Shown here: positions 1 to 9,889 of the stretch, piece after piece
How positions within the stretch are numbered: position 1 is the stretch's first letter
Layout: every line of letters starts with the position of its first letter
Origin: Candidatus Sysuimicrobiota bacterium
GTDB taxonomy: Bacteria > Sysuimicrobiota > Sysuimicrobiia > Sysuimicrobiales > Sysuimicrobiaceae
Length of the DNA stretch: 64,000 bases
Reading direction: 5' to 3'
Assembly (NCBI GenBank): GCA_040289515.1
Contig: PSLI01000003.1
Coordinates: 10,459 to 74,458, forward strand
Translations under genes and position numbers: made by a program
Notes under the pieces: generated by a model
The model's input: the letters and a program-made list of their open reading frames with translations, nothing else
Databases searched by the model: none
What the model was told of the DNA's origin: nothing

Positions 1-1264
1 GCTCCGCCACGTGGCGGAAGCGCCTGAAGAACTCCTCCGGGCTGGTCCGGGCGGCCTCCGCCAGGCGCTGCAGCTGCTCCGGATCTTCCAAGTCCTGCCT
101 TTCGAGGCGGATCATGTACTTGCGGGCCACCCGGTAGCTGGTGGAGTTCACGTCCACCAGGCGGGTGCGGGGCCGTCCGGTGTGCGGATCCAGCAACTCC
201 CGGAAGTCCAAAAAGCGCAGCCGACCCGCCTCCAGGCACACGAGGGCTCCGGGGCCCGGGTGGTCGCCCAGCAGGTACTCCACCGCTCCGTAGCCCAGGT
301 CGCGTACGTACTCCGAGTCCGAGGCCACGGGGGGCGCGCAGCGCAGCTCGTAACCCAGACTCTTGTGCACGATGGTCAGAGGGTCCCCCCGCTGGGCGAA
401 CCGGGATTCCACCATGGTCTTGAGGATGTACGCCAGGTCCAGTTCCGCCAGCCGAATGTGGCCGTAGGGGTCCCGTACGATGCGCACCCCCTCCAGGGCT
501 GCCAGCTCCTCTTCGGGGACCCGCTCCAGGATTCCCTCCGCGATCACGGCCACCCCGTCCTGCCGGCCCATGACCCGGCGCTTCAGCATGGACCCCTCCA
601 GCACGTCACACACCGTCTGCAGGGACACCCGAGACCCGAACTCCTCCGGGATCACCACCACCGTGGCGCCCGCAGCCTTGCCGATCCCCAGGGCCAGGTG
701 GCCCGCGGACCGCCCCATCACCGCCACGAAATACCAGCGGTTCATGCTGCGGGAGTCCTCCATGATGTTCTGGAGGAGCTGGAAGCCCAGGTGCCGGGCC
801 GTGTGGAAGCCGAAGGTGGGCGCCCCGCCCGGCAGGGGCAGGTCGTTGTCGATGGTCTTGGGGACGTGGGCGAACCGTACAGCACCCCCGGCCCGCTCGG
901 CCACCCGGCCCGCGGCAAAGGCGGTGTCGTCACCCCCGATGGTCACCAGATAACCGATGCCCAGGGCCTGCAGGTTGCGCACCACGCGGTCCAGGTCCTC
1001 GGGCCTGCCGGTGGGGTTGGCCCGGGAGGTCCGCAACACCGAGCCCCCGTCGAAGTGGATGCGGGACACGTCTTCGATGTGCAGCTCCCGCACCAGCCCC
1101 GCCTCCCGGAGGGTGCCTGCTTCGTGTTGCATCAGCCCCTGCCAGCCGTCGTAGATCCCCCACACGCGCAGGCCCCGGTTGCGGGCCTCGATGGTCACCG
1201 CGCTGATGACCCCGTTGATGCCCGGCGCGGGTCCCCCGCCTACCAGGATCCCGAGATCCTTCAT
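1..1264 (-). CDS. 6-phosphofructokinase, PFK-A family (N-terminal ~421 aa; 3' end runs off the window start)
   Basis: Reverse-strand translation from ATG (plus 'cat' 1262-1264) gives MKDLGILVGGGPAPGINGVI...GGDDTAFAA...PKTIDNDL, the classic PFK fold motifs; GGAGGTG RBS 5 nt upstream. GGDDT (Asp instead of Gly in GGDGS) is the pattern reported for PPi-dependent PFKs. The +strand ORF 11..1300 is the antisense artefact. Confidence 0.85.
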   Translation of the reverse strand, partial: MKDLGILVGGGPAPGINGVISAVTIEARNRGLRVWGIYDGWQGLMQHEAGTLREAGLVRELHIEDVSRIHFDGGSVLRTSRANPTGRPEDLDRVVRNLQALGIGYLVTIGGDDTAFAAGRVAERAGGAVRFAHVPKTIDNDLPLPGGAPTFGFHTARHLGFQLLQNIMEDSRSMNRWYFVAVMGRSAGHLALGIGKAAGATVVVIPEEFGSRVSLQTVCDVLEGSMLKRRVMGRQDGVAVIAEGILERVPEEELAALEGVRIVRDPYGHIRLAELDLAYILKTMVESRFAQRGDPLTIVHKSLGYELRCAPPVASDSEYVRDLGYGAVEYLLGDHPGPGALVCLEAGRLRFLDFRELLDPHTGRPRTRLVDVNSTSYRVARKYMIRLERQDLEDPEQLQRLAEAARTSPEEFFRRFRHVAE

Positions 1265-1331
1265 GGGACACCTCCGCATGCGGAAGCCTACAGGGAGTAG
1301 GGTAGCAAAGGGCGGCCGGCGGGGCCCGCTC

Positions 1332-1361
1332 TTGCACCCCCGCCGGGGCTGGGTGTATACT
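1332..1361 (+). promoter_or_regulatory. Putative sigma-A promoter for rimP-nusA-infB operon (TTGCAC-18nt-TATACT)
   Basis: TTGCAC at 1332-1337, TATACT at 1356-1361, 18-nt spacer; in the divergent pfk/rimP intergenic region. Confidence 0.45.
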
Positions 1362-1370
1362 GGCGCAGCG

Positions 1371-1390
1371 GGGCCGAAAGGCCCATTTTT
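1371..1390 (+). terminator. Intrinsic terminator-like hairpin in rimP leader (GGGCC-GAAA-GGCCC + TTTTT)
   Basis: Perfect 5-bp GC stem with GNRA-type loop followed by A then TTTTT, a few nt downstream of the predicted -10. Confidence 0.5.
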
Positions 1391-1407
1391 GCTGAACCTG
1401 CCGCGCA

Positions 1408-1440
1408 GGAGTGGGTGGACGGCCCACTCCTTCGTTTTGC
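1408..1440 (+). terminator. Second terminator/attenuator-like hairpin in rimP leader (GGAGTGGG...CCCACTCC + TTCGTTTTG)
   Basis: 8-bp perfect stem 1408-1415/1423-1430, 7-nt loop, U-rich tail; immediately before the rimP RBS GGGAG. Confidence 0.45.
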
Positions 1441-1463
1441 GGGTGGGTCGTGGGAGCGGGGCG

Positions 1464-1964
1464 GTGCGACGAGAGGACGTGGCCCGGCGGGTTCACCAGC
1501 TGGCGCTGGCCATCACGGATCGGCTGGGCCTGGAGCTGGTGGGCGTGGAGGTCACCGGGGAGGGTGTGCGGACCGTGGTCCGGGTGCTGGTGGACCGCGA
1601 GGGCGGGATCGACGTGGAGGAGTGCGCGCGGGTCAGCGAGATGCTGTCCCGCCAGCTGGACCTGGAAGATCCCCTCCAGCACCGCTACACCCTGGAGGTG
1701 GCCTCCCCGGGCCTGGACCGACCCCTGCGCGGGGTTGGGGACTTTGACCGGTTCGCGGGCCGGCTGGCAGAGGTGGTTACCAGCCAGCCCGTGGAGGGCC
1801 AACGGCGGTTCGTGGGCCGCCTGGGCGGGATCGTGGGCGGCCGGGTGGTTTTGCACCTGCCCGACGGACGGGACCTGCAGGTGCCCTTGGGGGAGGTGGC
1901 GGAGGCGCGGTTGCGGGTGGACCCGGAGGAGATCCTCCGGGACCTGAAGCGGAAGCGGCGTTGA
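1464..1964 (+). CDS. rimP: Ribosome maturation factor RimP
   Basis: Protein ...VHQLALAITDRLGLELVGVEV...YTLEVASPGLDRPL... matches RimP (YlxS) family; directly upstream of nusA as in most bacteria. Start GTG 1464 is chosen after the GGGAG RBS; the exact start is uncertain because the ORF is open back to 1179. Confidence 0.85.
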   Translation: MRREDVARRVHQLALAITDRLGLELVGVEVTGEGVRTVVRVLVDREGGIDVEECARVSEMLSRQLDLEDPLQHRYTLEVASPGLDRPLRGVGDFDRFAGRLAEVVTSQPVEGQRRFVGRLGGIVGGRVVLHLPDGRDLQVPLGEVAEARLRVDPEEILRDLKRKRR

Positions 1965-1980
1965 GCGAAGGGGTGGACGT

Positions 1981-3147
1981 ATGAACGGCGAGCTGATCCG
2001 GGCGCTGGAGCAACTGGAGGAAGAGCGCGGGATCTCGAAGGCGGTGCTCCTGGAGGCGGTGGAGTCCGCGTTGGTGTCCGCCTACAAGAAGAACTTCGGC
2101 GGCACCGGGCAAAACGTGCGCGTGGAGGTGGACCCCAAGACCGGGGAGATCCGGGTGTTCAGCGTGAAGACGGTGGTGGAGAAGGTACAGGACCCCGCTA
2201 CGGAGCTGTCGCTGGAGGAGATGCGCAAGGAAGACCCCACCGCGGAGGTGGGGGACGTGGTGGAGGAGGAGATCACACCCCGGGACTTCGGCCGCATCGC
2301 GGCCCAGGCCGCCAAGCAGGTGGTGGTGCAGCGGATCCGCGAGGCTGAGCGGGAGATGATTAAGCGGGAGTTCGAGGAGCGCGAAAAGCAGGTGGTCACG
2401 GGTATCGTGCACCGGGTGGAGAAGGGCAACGTGTACGTAGACCTGGGTCGCATCGAGGGGGTGTTGAGCAAGACGGAGCAGATCCCCCGGGAGTCCTACC
2501 GGCAGGGGGAACGCATCAAGGTGTACGTCATGGAGGTGCGGGACACCCCCCGGGGGCCGCAGATCCACGTGTCCCGGGCGCACCCGGGCCTGGTGCGGGC
2601 GCTTTTCGAGCAGGAGGTGCCGGAGATCCGGGAGGGCATCGTGGTGATCCAAAACGTGGCCCGGGAGCCCGGAGCCCGAACCAAGATCGCGGTGTACTCC
2701 CGAGACCGGAACGTGGACCCGGTGGGGGCCTGCGTGGGCCCCAAGGGCTCCCGGGTGCAGGCGGTGGTGGATGAGCTGCGGGGGGAGAAGGTGGACATCG
2801 TGCCGTGGAGCCCGGACCCCGCCCAGTTCGTGGCTGCGGCCCTCCAGCCTGCCAAGGTGGTGCGGGTGGAGATCGACGAGGACACCAAGACCGCTCGGGT
2901 CATCGTCCCGGACAACCAGCTGTCCTTGGCCATCGGCCGGGAGGGGCAGAACGCCCGGCTGGCAGCCAAGCTTACGGGCTGGCGCATCGACATCAAGAGC
3001 GAGAGCCAGGTGCGGGAGCAGGAGGCGGCGAAGCTGTTCGTGGATCTGTCGCCGGAGGAGCTGGCGCAGTACCAACACCCGGCGGGGGACGGTGGAGGCC
3101 AGCCCGCGGAGGTGCCCGGGGGCTCCTCGCAGACCGCGCAGGGCTGA
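1981..3147 (+). CDS. nusA: Transcription termination/antitermination factor NusA
   Basis: MNGELIRALEQLEEERGISKAVLLEAVESAL... S1 and KH domains; conserved synteny rimP-nusA-infB. Confidence 0.95.
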   Translation: MNGELIRALEQLEEERGISKAVLLEAVESALVSAYKKNFGGTGQNVRVEVDPKTGEIRVFSVKTVVEKVQDPATELSLEEMRKEDPTAEVGDVVEEEITPRDFGRIAAQAAKQVVVQRIREAEREMIKREFEEREKQVVTGIVHRVEKGNVYVDLGRIEGVLSKTEQIPRESYRQGERIKVYVMEVRDTPRGPQIHVSRAHPGLVRALFEQEVPEIREGIVVIQNVAREPGARTKIAVYSRDRNVDPVGACVGPKGSRVQAVVDELRGEKVDIVPWSPDPAQFVAAALQPAKVVRVEIDEDTKTARVIVPDNQLSLAIGREGQNARLAAKLTGWRIDIKSESQVREQEAAKLFVDLSPEELAQYQHPAGDGGGQPAEVPGGSSQTAQG

Positions 3148-3159
3148 GGAGGAAGGCCG

Positions 3160-3462
3160 GTGCCCAAAACCCGCAAGATCCCCATGCGCATGTGCGTGGG
3201 CTGCGGGGCCATGCGGCCCAAGACGGAGATGGTGCGGGTGGTGCGGACCCCGCAGGGGGAGGTCAAGGTGGACACCACCCGGAGCGCGAAGATGAGCGGC
3301 CGCGGGGCGTACGTGGAGCCCAAGGAGGAATGCCTGCAGGCGGCCCGCAAGGGGCGCAAGCTAGACCGCGCCTTGGAGTGCGAGGTGCCGGAGGCCGTGC
3401 TGGCGGAGCTGGAGCAGGAAATCCGGCGCAGGGCCGCAGCTCTGCAGGGTGCCGGCGGCTAG
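3160..3462 (+). CDS. YlxR/DUF448 family protein (predicted RNA-binding, nusA-infB operon member)
   Basis: [28 protein letters not shown]... the conserved Cys-containing YlxR N-terminus; position between nusA and infB as in Firmicutes. Confidence 0.8.
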   Translation: MPKTRKIPMRMCVGCGAMRPKTEMVRVVRTPQGEVKVDTTRSAKMSGRGAYVEPKEECLQAARKGRKLDRALECEVPEAVLAELEQEIRRRAAALQGAGG

Positions 3463-3480
3463 CGGGAGCCGGAGGCGCGC

Positions 3481-5874
3481 ATGCGACTGTACGAGCTGGC
3501 AAAAGCGCTGGGGGTCAGCACCAAGGAGGCCGCGGACCGGTTGAGCGCGCTGGGCCACGAGGTGAAGGCGAACCCGCAGGCCGCAGTACCCGAGGCGGCC
3601 CTGCGCGCCCTGCAGGTGCAGCATCCGGACTTGCAGCGGACCGTGTCGGGAGCCTCCCCGGCCAAGGCCCCACCAAAGGCCAAAAAGGCGCCCCCGCCTC
3701 CCCCTGAGCCGACGGGCCCCAAGCGCCGCATCATCAAGCGCGCGGAGGAGGTGGCCCGGGAGCGGGAGGAGCAGGAGCGCTTGGCCGCGGAGGCCGCCCG
3801 CCGCGCGGCGGAGGAAGCCGCGCGCCTAGCGGCCGAACAGGTGCGTCTGGCCCCGGCACCAGCTCCGGCTGCACCCCCTGAGCCCGCCCCGGCCGCAACT
3901 CCCGAAGCTCCCGCACCACCCCCGGAGCCAGCCAGGCCCTCCAGCGTACCCCTGCCTGAGCGGCACGCGGAGCCGGCGGTGACCATCTCCCCGGAGGTGC
4001 TGCGCAAGGTCAGCCAACCCAGGCCGGAGGTGCGCAAGCCGCCCCCGCCTCCCCCTTCCCTGCGCCAGGTGCGCAGGCCCCCTCCACCCCCACCCGCGCC
4101 CCGGGTGAAGCCGCAGCTGCCCGAAGCGCCGGCACCACCGCCCATGGTGGCCTCCGAGGTCCACCTGGAAGGATCTCTGACCGTAGGGGAGCTGGCCCAG
4201 CGCCTGGGCGTGTCCGCCGCGGAGGTGGTCAAGCGCCTGATCGCGGTGGGCGTTTTGGCGGGCGTGAACCAGCAGATCCCCCTGGAGACCGCAAAGGCGG
4301 TGGCTGAGGCCATGGGCGCCCGCGTGGTTACCGAGACACCGAAGGCGCCCACCCCAGCACAACGGCTACAGGTGGCCAGGGAGGGCGAGGTGCGGCCACC
4401 GGTGGTCACCGTGCTGGGACACGTGGACCACGGCAAGACCACCCTGCTGGACACCATCCGGCACACCAACGTGGCCGCGGGGGAGTTTGGCGGCATCACC
4501 CAGCACATCGGCGCCTACCAGGTGGAGCGGGGCGGCCGACGCATCACCTTCATCGACACCCCCGGCCACGAGGCCTTCACCGCCCTGCGGGCCCGCGGCG
4601 CACAGGTGACGGACATCGCGGTGTTGGTGGTGGCCGCGGACGACGGGGTGATGCCCCAGACGGTGGAGGCCATCAACCACGCCAGGGCTGCGGGCGTTCC
4701 CATCGTGGTGGCCATCAACAAGGTGGACCTGCCGCGGGCCAACCCCGAGAAGGTCAAGCAGCAGCTGGCGGAGCTGGGCCTGGTGCCGGAGGAGTGGGGC
4801 GGGGAGGTGGTCATGGTCCCGGTGTCCGCCCGCACGGGCCAGGGCATCGACGATCTGCTGGAGATGATCCTTTTGGTGGCGGAGCTGCAGGACCTGCGGG
4901 CCGACCTTCACAAGCCCGCCCGGGGCACGGTGCTGGAAGCCAAGCTGGACCGCGGCCGCGGGCCCGTGGCCACGGTGCTGGTGCAGGAGGGCATCCTCCG
5001 GGTGGGCGATGCGGTGGTGGTGGGCGAGGTGTACGGCAAGGTCCGCGCCATGACCGACGACCGGGGCCAGCGCCTGCAGAAGGCAGGCCCCTCCACCCCC
5101 GTGGAGGTGGAGGGGCTGTCGGACGTACCCACCGCGGGCGACCCACTGGAGGTGGTGGCGGACGAACGGCGGGCCAAGGCCATCGCGGAGGAGCGGCGCG
5201 AGCGGCGACGCGCTGCGGAGCTGCCGCAGCGCAAGGGCAGCGTGGAGGAGCTGGTGGAGGTCCGGGAGCTGCGCCTCGTGGTCAAGGCGGATGTCCACGG
5301 ATCCCTGGAGGCCATCACGGGAGCCCTGCAGCGGCTGCAGACGGAGGAGGTCAAGATCAACGTGCTGCACGCGGCCGTGGGCGCGGTCACGGAGTCGGAC
5401 GTGATGCTGGCCGCGGCCAGCCGGGCGGTGGTCCTGGGCTTCAACGTGCGCCCCGACCCTCCGGCCCGAAAGCTGGCTGAGCAGGAGGGCGTGGACGTGC
5501 GCCTGCACCGCATCATCTACGAGGCCCTGGACGACGTGCAGGCCCTGGTCAGAGGCCTGGTGGCCCCCAAGGTCACGGAGGTGGTGCTGGGCCGCGCGGA
5601 GGTTCGGCGCATCTTCCACATCTCCCGCGTGGGCACCGTGGCGGGCTGCTACGTGGTGGAAGGCCGGATCCCGCGGTCCGGCTCGGTGCGCCTCCTTCGG
5701 GACGGAACGGTGGTGTACGAGGGGCGGCTGGCCTCCCTGCGGCGGTTCAAGGAGGACGTGCGGGAGGTGGCCGCGGGGTTTGAGTGCGGCATGGTGCTGG
5801 AGAACTTCCAGGACATCAAGGAAGGGGACGTGATCGAGGCGTACGCCCTGCAGGAGCAGCCGGCCTCCGGTTGA
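3481..5874 (+). CDS. infB: Translation initiation factor IF-2
   Basis: N-terminal Pro/Ala-rich low-complexity region followed by the GTPase domain [16 protein letters not shown]...DTPGHEAF...NKVD and C-terminal beta-barrels. Confidence 0.95.
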   Translation: MRLYELAKALGVSTKEAADRLSALGHEVKANPQAAVPEAALRALQVQHPDLQRTVSGASPAKAPPKAKKAPPPPPEPTGPKRRIIKRAEEVAREREEQERLAAEAARRAAEEAARLAAEQVRLAPAPAPAAPPEPAPAATPEAPAPPPEPARPSSVPLPERHAEPAVTISPEVLRKVSQPRPEVRKPPPPPPSLRQVRRPPPPPPAPRVKPQLPEAPAPPPMVASEVHLEGSLTVGELAQRLGVSAAEVVKRLIAVGVLAGVNQQIPLETAKAVAEAMGARVVTETPKAPTPAQRLQVAREGEVRPPVVTVLGHVDHGKTTLLDTIRHTNVAAGEFGGITQHIGAYQVERGGRRITFIDTPGHEAFTALRARGAQVTDIAVLVVAADDGVMPQTVEAINHARAAGVPIVVAINKVDLPRANPEKVKQQLAELGLVPEEWGGEVVMVPVSARTGQGIDDLLEMILLVAELQDLRADLHKPARGTVLEAKLDRGRGPVATVLVQEGILRVGDAVVVGEVYGKVRAMTDDRGQRLQKAGPSTPVEVEGLSDVPTAGDPLEVVADERRAKAIAEERRERRRAAELPQRKGSVEELVEVRELRLVVKADVHGSLEAITGALQRLQTEEVKINVLHAAVGAVTESDVMLAAASRAVVLGFNVRPDPPARKLAEQEGVDVRLHRIIYEALDDVQALVRGLVAPKVTEVVLGRAEVRRIFHISRVGTVAGCYVVEGRIPRSGSVRLLRDGTVVYEGRLASLRRFKEDVREVAAGFECGMVLENFQDIKEGDVIEAYALQEQPASG

Positions 5875-5929
5875 GGTGGGGCGCATCCTGGCGTGGGGCG
5901 TGCGCGGTCCCCCCCGGAGGGGCTCGGCC

Positions 5930-6211
5930 ATGGTGGTGGGGACGCTGCGGGTTACCCTCAGCCTCGACGGCGCACAGAGCCTCAAGGAGAAACGCAGGAT
6001 CGTCCAGAGCCTGGTCCGGCGGCTGCACAACGAGTTCCCGGTGTCCGTGTCCGAGGTGGCCGACCACGACGTGTGGACCCGCGCCACCCTGGGCGTGGCG
6101 TGTGTGACGAACGACGGGCGCCACGCGGACCGGGTCCTGGCCCAGGTGGTGCGCTACCTGGAGCGGGAGCGGGAGGCATACCTGGTGGACTATGAGGTGG
6201 AGATCCGCTGA
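5930..6211 (+). CDS. DUF503 (YlxP-like) protein
   Basis: MVVGTLRVTLSLDGAQSLKEKRRIVQSLVRRLHNEFPVSVSEVADHD... typical DUF503; sits after infB as ylxP does in Bacillus. Start taken at the internal ATG 5930 of ORF 5876..6211. Confidence 0.75.
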   Translation: MVVGTLRVTLSLDGAQSLKEKRRIVQSLVRRLHNEFPVSVSEVADHDVWTRATLGVACVTNDGRHADRVLAQVVRYLEREREAYLVDYEVEIR

Positions 6212-6252
6212 GGGGCCTGCTACCGGCCCCCGGCACGAGGACGGTGGTCACC

Positions 6253-6633
6253 ATGGCGTCGCCGCAGCGGGTGCAGAAACTCCGGGAGTTCATCCGGGAG
6301 GAGGTGAGCGACATCCTGCACCGCGGGGCCAAGGATCCGCGCATCGGGTTCGTCTCCGTGACGGACGTGGAGCTCAGCAGCGACCTGCGGCACGCGAAGG
6401 TGTACGTGAGCGTGCTGGGCTCCGAGGAAGAACGGGCCAGGACCATGGAGGCCCTGCAGCACGCCACGGGCTTCGTGCGCACGGAGCTAGCGAAGCGGAT
6501 GCGCACCTACCACACCCCCGAGATCCAGTTCCGCCTGGACACCTCCATCGAGCGGGGCACCCGGGTGCTCCAGCTGTTGCGCCAGATCAGCACGTCGCAG
6601 GGAGGAGGGCAGGGTGAGGGCAGCGGTGGCTAG
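6253..6633 (+). CDS. rbfA: Ribosome-binding factor A
   Basis: MASPQRVQKLREFIREEVSDILHRGAKDPRIGFVSVTDVELSSDLRHAKVYVSVLG... RbfA family; alternative GTG start at 6244. Confidence 0.9.
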   Translation: MASPQRVQKLREFIREEVSDILHRGAKDPRIGFVSVTDVELSSDLRHAKVYVSVLGSEEERARTMEALQHATGFVRTELAKRMRTYHTPEIQFRLDTSIERGTRVLQLLRQISTSQGGGQGEGSGG

Positions 6634-7585
6634 CGCCCTGCGGCTAGCCCGCCGGGTTCTGGTGGCCGGCCATGAGAGCCCGGACGGAGACTGCCTGGGA
6701 GGGAGCCTGGCCCTGGGTCTGGCGCTCGAGCGCATGGGCAAGAAGGTGGTGGTGGCAAGCACCGACGGCGTGCCCTCCACGTACCGGTTCCTCCCGGGCT
6801 GGGAGCGGGTCACGGACCGTGTGGAAGGACTCGGGACCTTCGACGTGGGCGTGGCGTTAGAATGCGCGGACCTGGAGCGGGCGGGCCGGTTCGCCCCCCT
6901 GCTGGCTGCCTGCCCGGTGCTGGTGAACCTGGATCACCACCGGGACAACACCGGCTACGGGCAGCTGGTCTGGCAGGAGCCGGAAGCAGCGTCCGTGTGC
7001 GAGATGGTGTACGGGCTGCTGGTGGAGCTGGGCGCGCAGGTGGACGAACCGGTGGCCACGTGCCTGATGACGGGGCTGGTGACCGACACGGGGTCCTTCC
7101 GCTACAGCTCCGTGCGCCCGGAGACCTTCGAGCTGGCCGCGGAGCTGCTCCGCCGCGGCGCCCGGCCGGACCGCATCTACGAGCGGGTGTACGAGGCCCG
7201 GCCCGCCCCGGCTTTGCGCTTGCTGGGGTTGGCCCTGTGGCGCCTGCAGCTGTCTTCGGACGGCCAGGTCGCCTGGACTGTGGTGGACCAAGCCATGCTG
7301 GATCAGGCGGGCGCCCGGTGGGAGGACACGGAGAACATCGTGGAGACCCTGCGTTCCATCGAGGGCGTCCGGCTGGCGCTGCTGTTCAAGGTGGAGCCCT
7401 CGCGGGTGAAGGTGAGCCTGCGGGCCCGGGACGGGGCCCGGGCCAACGCGGTAGCGGTGCGGTTCGGGGGTGGAGGCCACCTGGGTGCGGCGGGGTTCGT
7501 GGTGCAGGGGCCGCTGGAGGACGTCGTGCGGCAGGCGCTGCAGGCGGCCTCCGCGGAGGTGCACAGCGCCCCCGCCGGAGGGTAG
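6614..7585 (+). CDS. nrnA: DHH-family phosphoesterase (NrnA-like oligoribonuclease/pAp phosphatase)
   Basis: ...VLVAGHESPDGDCLGGSLALGLAL...DHH... with DHHA1-like C-terminus ...GGGGHLGAAGF; the rbfA-DHH-truB arrangement is common. Confidence 0.85.
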   Translation: MRAAVASALRLARRVLVAGHESPDGDCLGGSLALGLALERMGKKVVVASTDGVPSTYRFLPGWERVTDRVEGLGTFDVGVALECADLERAGRFAPLLAACPVLVNLDHHRDNTGYGQLVWQEPEAASVCEMVYGLLVELGAQVDEPVATCLMTGLVTDTGSFRYSSVRPETFELAAELLRRGARPDRIYERVYEARPAPALRLLGLALWRLQLSSDGQVAWTVVDQAMLDQAGARWEDTENIVETLRSIEGVRLALLFKVEPSRVKVSLRARDGARANAVAVRFGGGGHLGAAGFVVQGPLEDVVRQALQAASAEVHSAPAGG

Positions 7586-7586
7586 T

Positions 7587-8489
7587 GTGGACGGCGTCAT
7601 CAACCTCCTCAAACCGCCCGGGATGACGTCCCACGACTGTGTGGACGCTGTGCGTCGCATCCTGCGCACGCGCCGGGTGGGCCACACGGGCACCCTGGAC
7701 CCCGGGGCCGCGGGCGTGCTGGTCCTGTGCGTGGGGGCTGCCACCCGGCTCAGCGAGTTCCTCATGGAGGCTGACAAGAGCTACCGGGTGGAGCTGATGC
7801 TGGGGGTGAGTACCCACACGGGCGACGGGTACGGCGAGGTCCTGGAGCGGCGCGAGCCGGAGCGGGACTGCGCCCGGATCCAGGAGGTGCTGCAGGGCTT
7901 CGTGGGCCGCATCCAGCAGACACCCCCCATGGTGTCCGCGGTGCACCACGAGGGCCGCCGGCTGTACGAGCTGGCCCGCAGGGGGGTGGAGGTCCCGCGC
8001 CCGCCCCGGGAGGTCACGGTGTACGAGCTGAGGATCCTGCGCTGCGACCCGCCGCGGGTGCTGTTGGACATCACGTGCTCCAAGGGGACCTACGTGCGGC
8101 AGCTGTGCCACGATGTGGGCGAGAAGCTGGGCTGCGGGGCCCACGCGAGCTTCATGGTCCGCACCCGGGTGGGTGCGTACACCCTGCAGGAGAGCGTCAC
8201 CTTGGAGGAGCTGCAGGAGGAGGTCGCCTCCGGCCACCTGGAACGGGTGCTGACCCCGGGCGTGGAGGCACTTCCGGGCGTGCCGGACGTGGAGGTCACG
8301 GGCACCCTGCGGGCCGCCATCGTGCACGGCCAGGCGGTGCCCCTGTGGAAGGTAGCCCCACACCTGCAGGTACCTCCCCGGTCCCTGGTAAAGGTGCTGG
8401 ACGAGGAGGGGCGGCTGCTGGCCCTTGGCCGCGCGGAGGGCGGCAAATTGCGGCCCCTGAAGGTGTTCCGCTCGCGGGCCTCCTCATGA
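7587..8489 (+). CDS. truB: tRNA pseudouridine(55) synthase TruB
   Basis: VDGVINLLKPPGMTSHDCVDAVRRILRTRRVGHTGTLDPGAAGVL... catalytic Asp motif HTGTLDP; GTG start right after the nrnA stop. Confidence 0.9.
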   Translation: MDGVINLLKPPGMTSHDCVDAVRRILRTRRVGHTGTLDPGAAGVLVLCVGAATRLSEFLMEADKSYRVELMLGVSTHTGDGYGEVLERREPERDCARIQEVLQGFVGRIQQTPPMVSAVHHEGRRLYELARRGVEVPRPPREVTVYELRILRCDPPRVLLDITCSKGTYVRQLCHDVGEKLGCGAHASFMVRTRVGAYTLQESVTLEELQEEVASGHLERVLTPGVEALPGVPDVEVTGTLRAAIVHGQAVPLWKVAPHLQVPPRSLVKVLDEEGRLLALGRAEGGKLRPLKVFRSRASS

Positions 8490-9370
8490 AGGTTTACCGC
8501 CGGCTGGACGAAGTCCCCCCGCACCCCGCGGGAAGCTGTGTGGCCCTGGGGGTGTTCGACGGCGTGCACCTGGGGCACCGGGCGGTGCTCCGGCTGGCGG
8601 CGGAGCAGGCTGCGAAAACGGGCTGGCGCAGCGTGGCGCTCACCTTCGACCCGCACCCGCAGCAGGTGGTAACCCGCGCGCCGGAGCCCTTGTTAATCTT
8701 GCCTCTGGAGGAGCGGCTGCGGCGCATGGCCACCCTGGGGCTAGACGCGGCCCTGGTGCTGCACTTTGACGATCAGGTGAGGAGGACCGAGCCGGAAGCG
8801 TTCGTGCGGGCGGTCCTGCGAGAGGGGCTGCGGGCACGCGCGGTGGTGTGCGGGCCGGACTTCCGATTTGGCCGGGACCGAAGGGGAGATGCGGACCTGC
8901 TGCGGCATCTGGGGGACCAGCTGGGGTTCGCCGTGGAGGTGTGCCCGCCCGTGGAGGTTGGGGGTGAACGGGTGAGCAGCTCCCGCATCCGGGCTCTCCT
9001 GCGGGAGGGTCGCATGGAGGAGGCCTGCGACCTACTGGGCCACCGGGAGGCCGTGGTGTGCGCGCTGCACGCAGGGCGGGTGATGCTGGACGAGGCGGGC
9101 CGGCTGCCGAAGGAGCCGGTGCTGCCGGGTGAGCTGACCGAGCAGGCCGTCTGGCGGGCCGTCTCACCGTGGGGGCTTCGCCCGGACGGATGGTACGCAC
9201 AGCTCCTGGCGAGCCTGCGGGTGCCCGAGACCCTGGAGGTGTGGGCGGTGTATCGGGTGGCGGCGCGATCCAACCCGTCCCCCACGGCGGGCCAGTGGGA
9301 GCGTGTGGAAGCGGTGCAGCTGGAAGCCCCGTTCCGCCGTGCCCTGGAACTGGTGCTGGCGGGTGCGTAG
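8486..9370 (+). CDS. ribF: Bifunctional riboflavin kinase / FMN adenylyltransferase
   Basis: MKVYRRLDEVPPHPAGSCVALGVFDGVHLGHRAVL... FAD synthetase N-domain plus riboflavin kinase C-domain; ATGA overlap with the truB stop. Confidence 0.9.
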   Translation: MKVYRRLDEVPPHPAGSCVALGVFDGVHLGHRAVLRLAAEQAAKTGWRSVALTFDPHPQQVVTRAPEPLLILPLEERLRRMATLGLDAALVLHFDDQVRRTEPEAFVRAVLREGLRARAVVCGPDFRFGRDRRGDADLLRHLGDQLGFAVEVCPPVEVGGERVSSSRIRALLREGRMEEACDLLGHREAVVCALHAGRVMLDEAGRLPKEPVLPGELTEQAVWRAVSPWGLRPDGWYAQLLASLRVPETLEVWAVYRVAARSNPSPTAGQWERVEAVQLEAPFRRALELVLAGA

Positions 9371-9418
9371 GGAAGTTTGCCCGCGCCGAACGGGCGTGCT
9401 ACCATCGGGTTGAGCCTG

Positions 9419-9449
9419 GCCGGGGGTCCCTCGGCCCGGCGACTTTTTC
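9419..9449 (+). terminator. Terminator/attenuator-like hairpin plus T-tract between ribF and rpsO
   Basis: GCCGGG...CCCGGC stem followed by GACTTTTTCG; lies in the rpsO 5' region, where an autoregulatory structure is known in other bacteria. Confidence 0.35.
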
Positions 9450-9466
9450 GTGTTCGGAGGAAGACG

Positions 9467-9736
9467 GTGGCGCTCACCAAAGAGGCCAAGCAGCAGCGGA
9501 TCGCGCAGTTCCAGCGGTCGCCGGTTGACACGGGGTCGGCGGAGGTGCAGATCGCCCTGCTCACGGACCGCATCAACAGCCTGTCCGAGCACCTCAAGGT
9601 GCACCGGAAGGACCTGCACTCGCAGCGGGGGCTGATGAAGATGGTGGGCCAGCGACGCCGGCTGCTGCGGTACCTGCAGCGGGAGGACCCACAGCGCTAC
9701 CGGGAGGTCGTGGAGCGGCTGGGACTTCGCAAGTGA
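9467..9736 (+). CDS. rpsO: 30S ribosomal protein S15
   Basis: [70 protein letters not shown]... 89 aa; GTG start after GGAGGAAG RBS. Confidence 0.92.
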   Translation: MALTKEAKQQRIAQFQRSPVDTGSAEVQIALLTDRINSLSEHLKVHRKDLHSQRGLMKMVGQRRRLLRYLQREDPQRYREVVERLGLRK

Positions 9737-9889
9737 ATTCGGGGCCGCGAGCGGACTCCGGTCAGGACGCGGGGGTCTGTCGATCATCGCGATGCACACT
9801 CCCGGCGGGAGTGTGGTTCCCGGTGATCGATCCCCTCCTCCTGGGCCCGGATCCGGTCGGCCCTGTAGACCAGGAGGGGAGGCACAGCA

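Noticed and set aside
3650-4140. Repetitive Pro/Ala-rich DNA (PPPPP, APAPA runs) inside infB
   Set aside because: This is the well-known low-complexity N-terminal linker of IF-2 and is in frame with the GTPase domain. It is not a mobile or tandem-repeat element.
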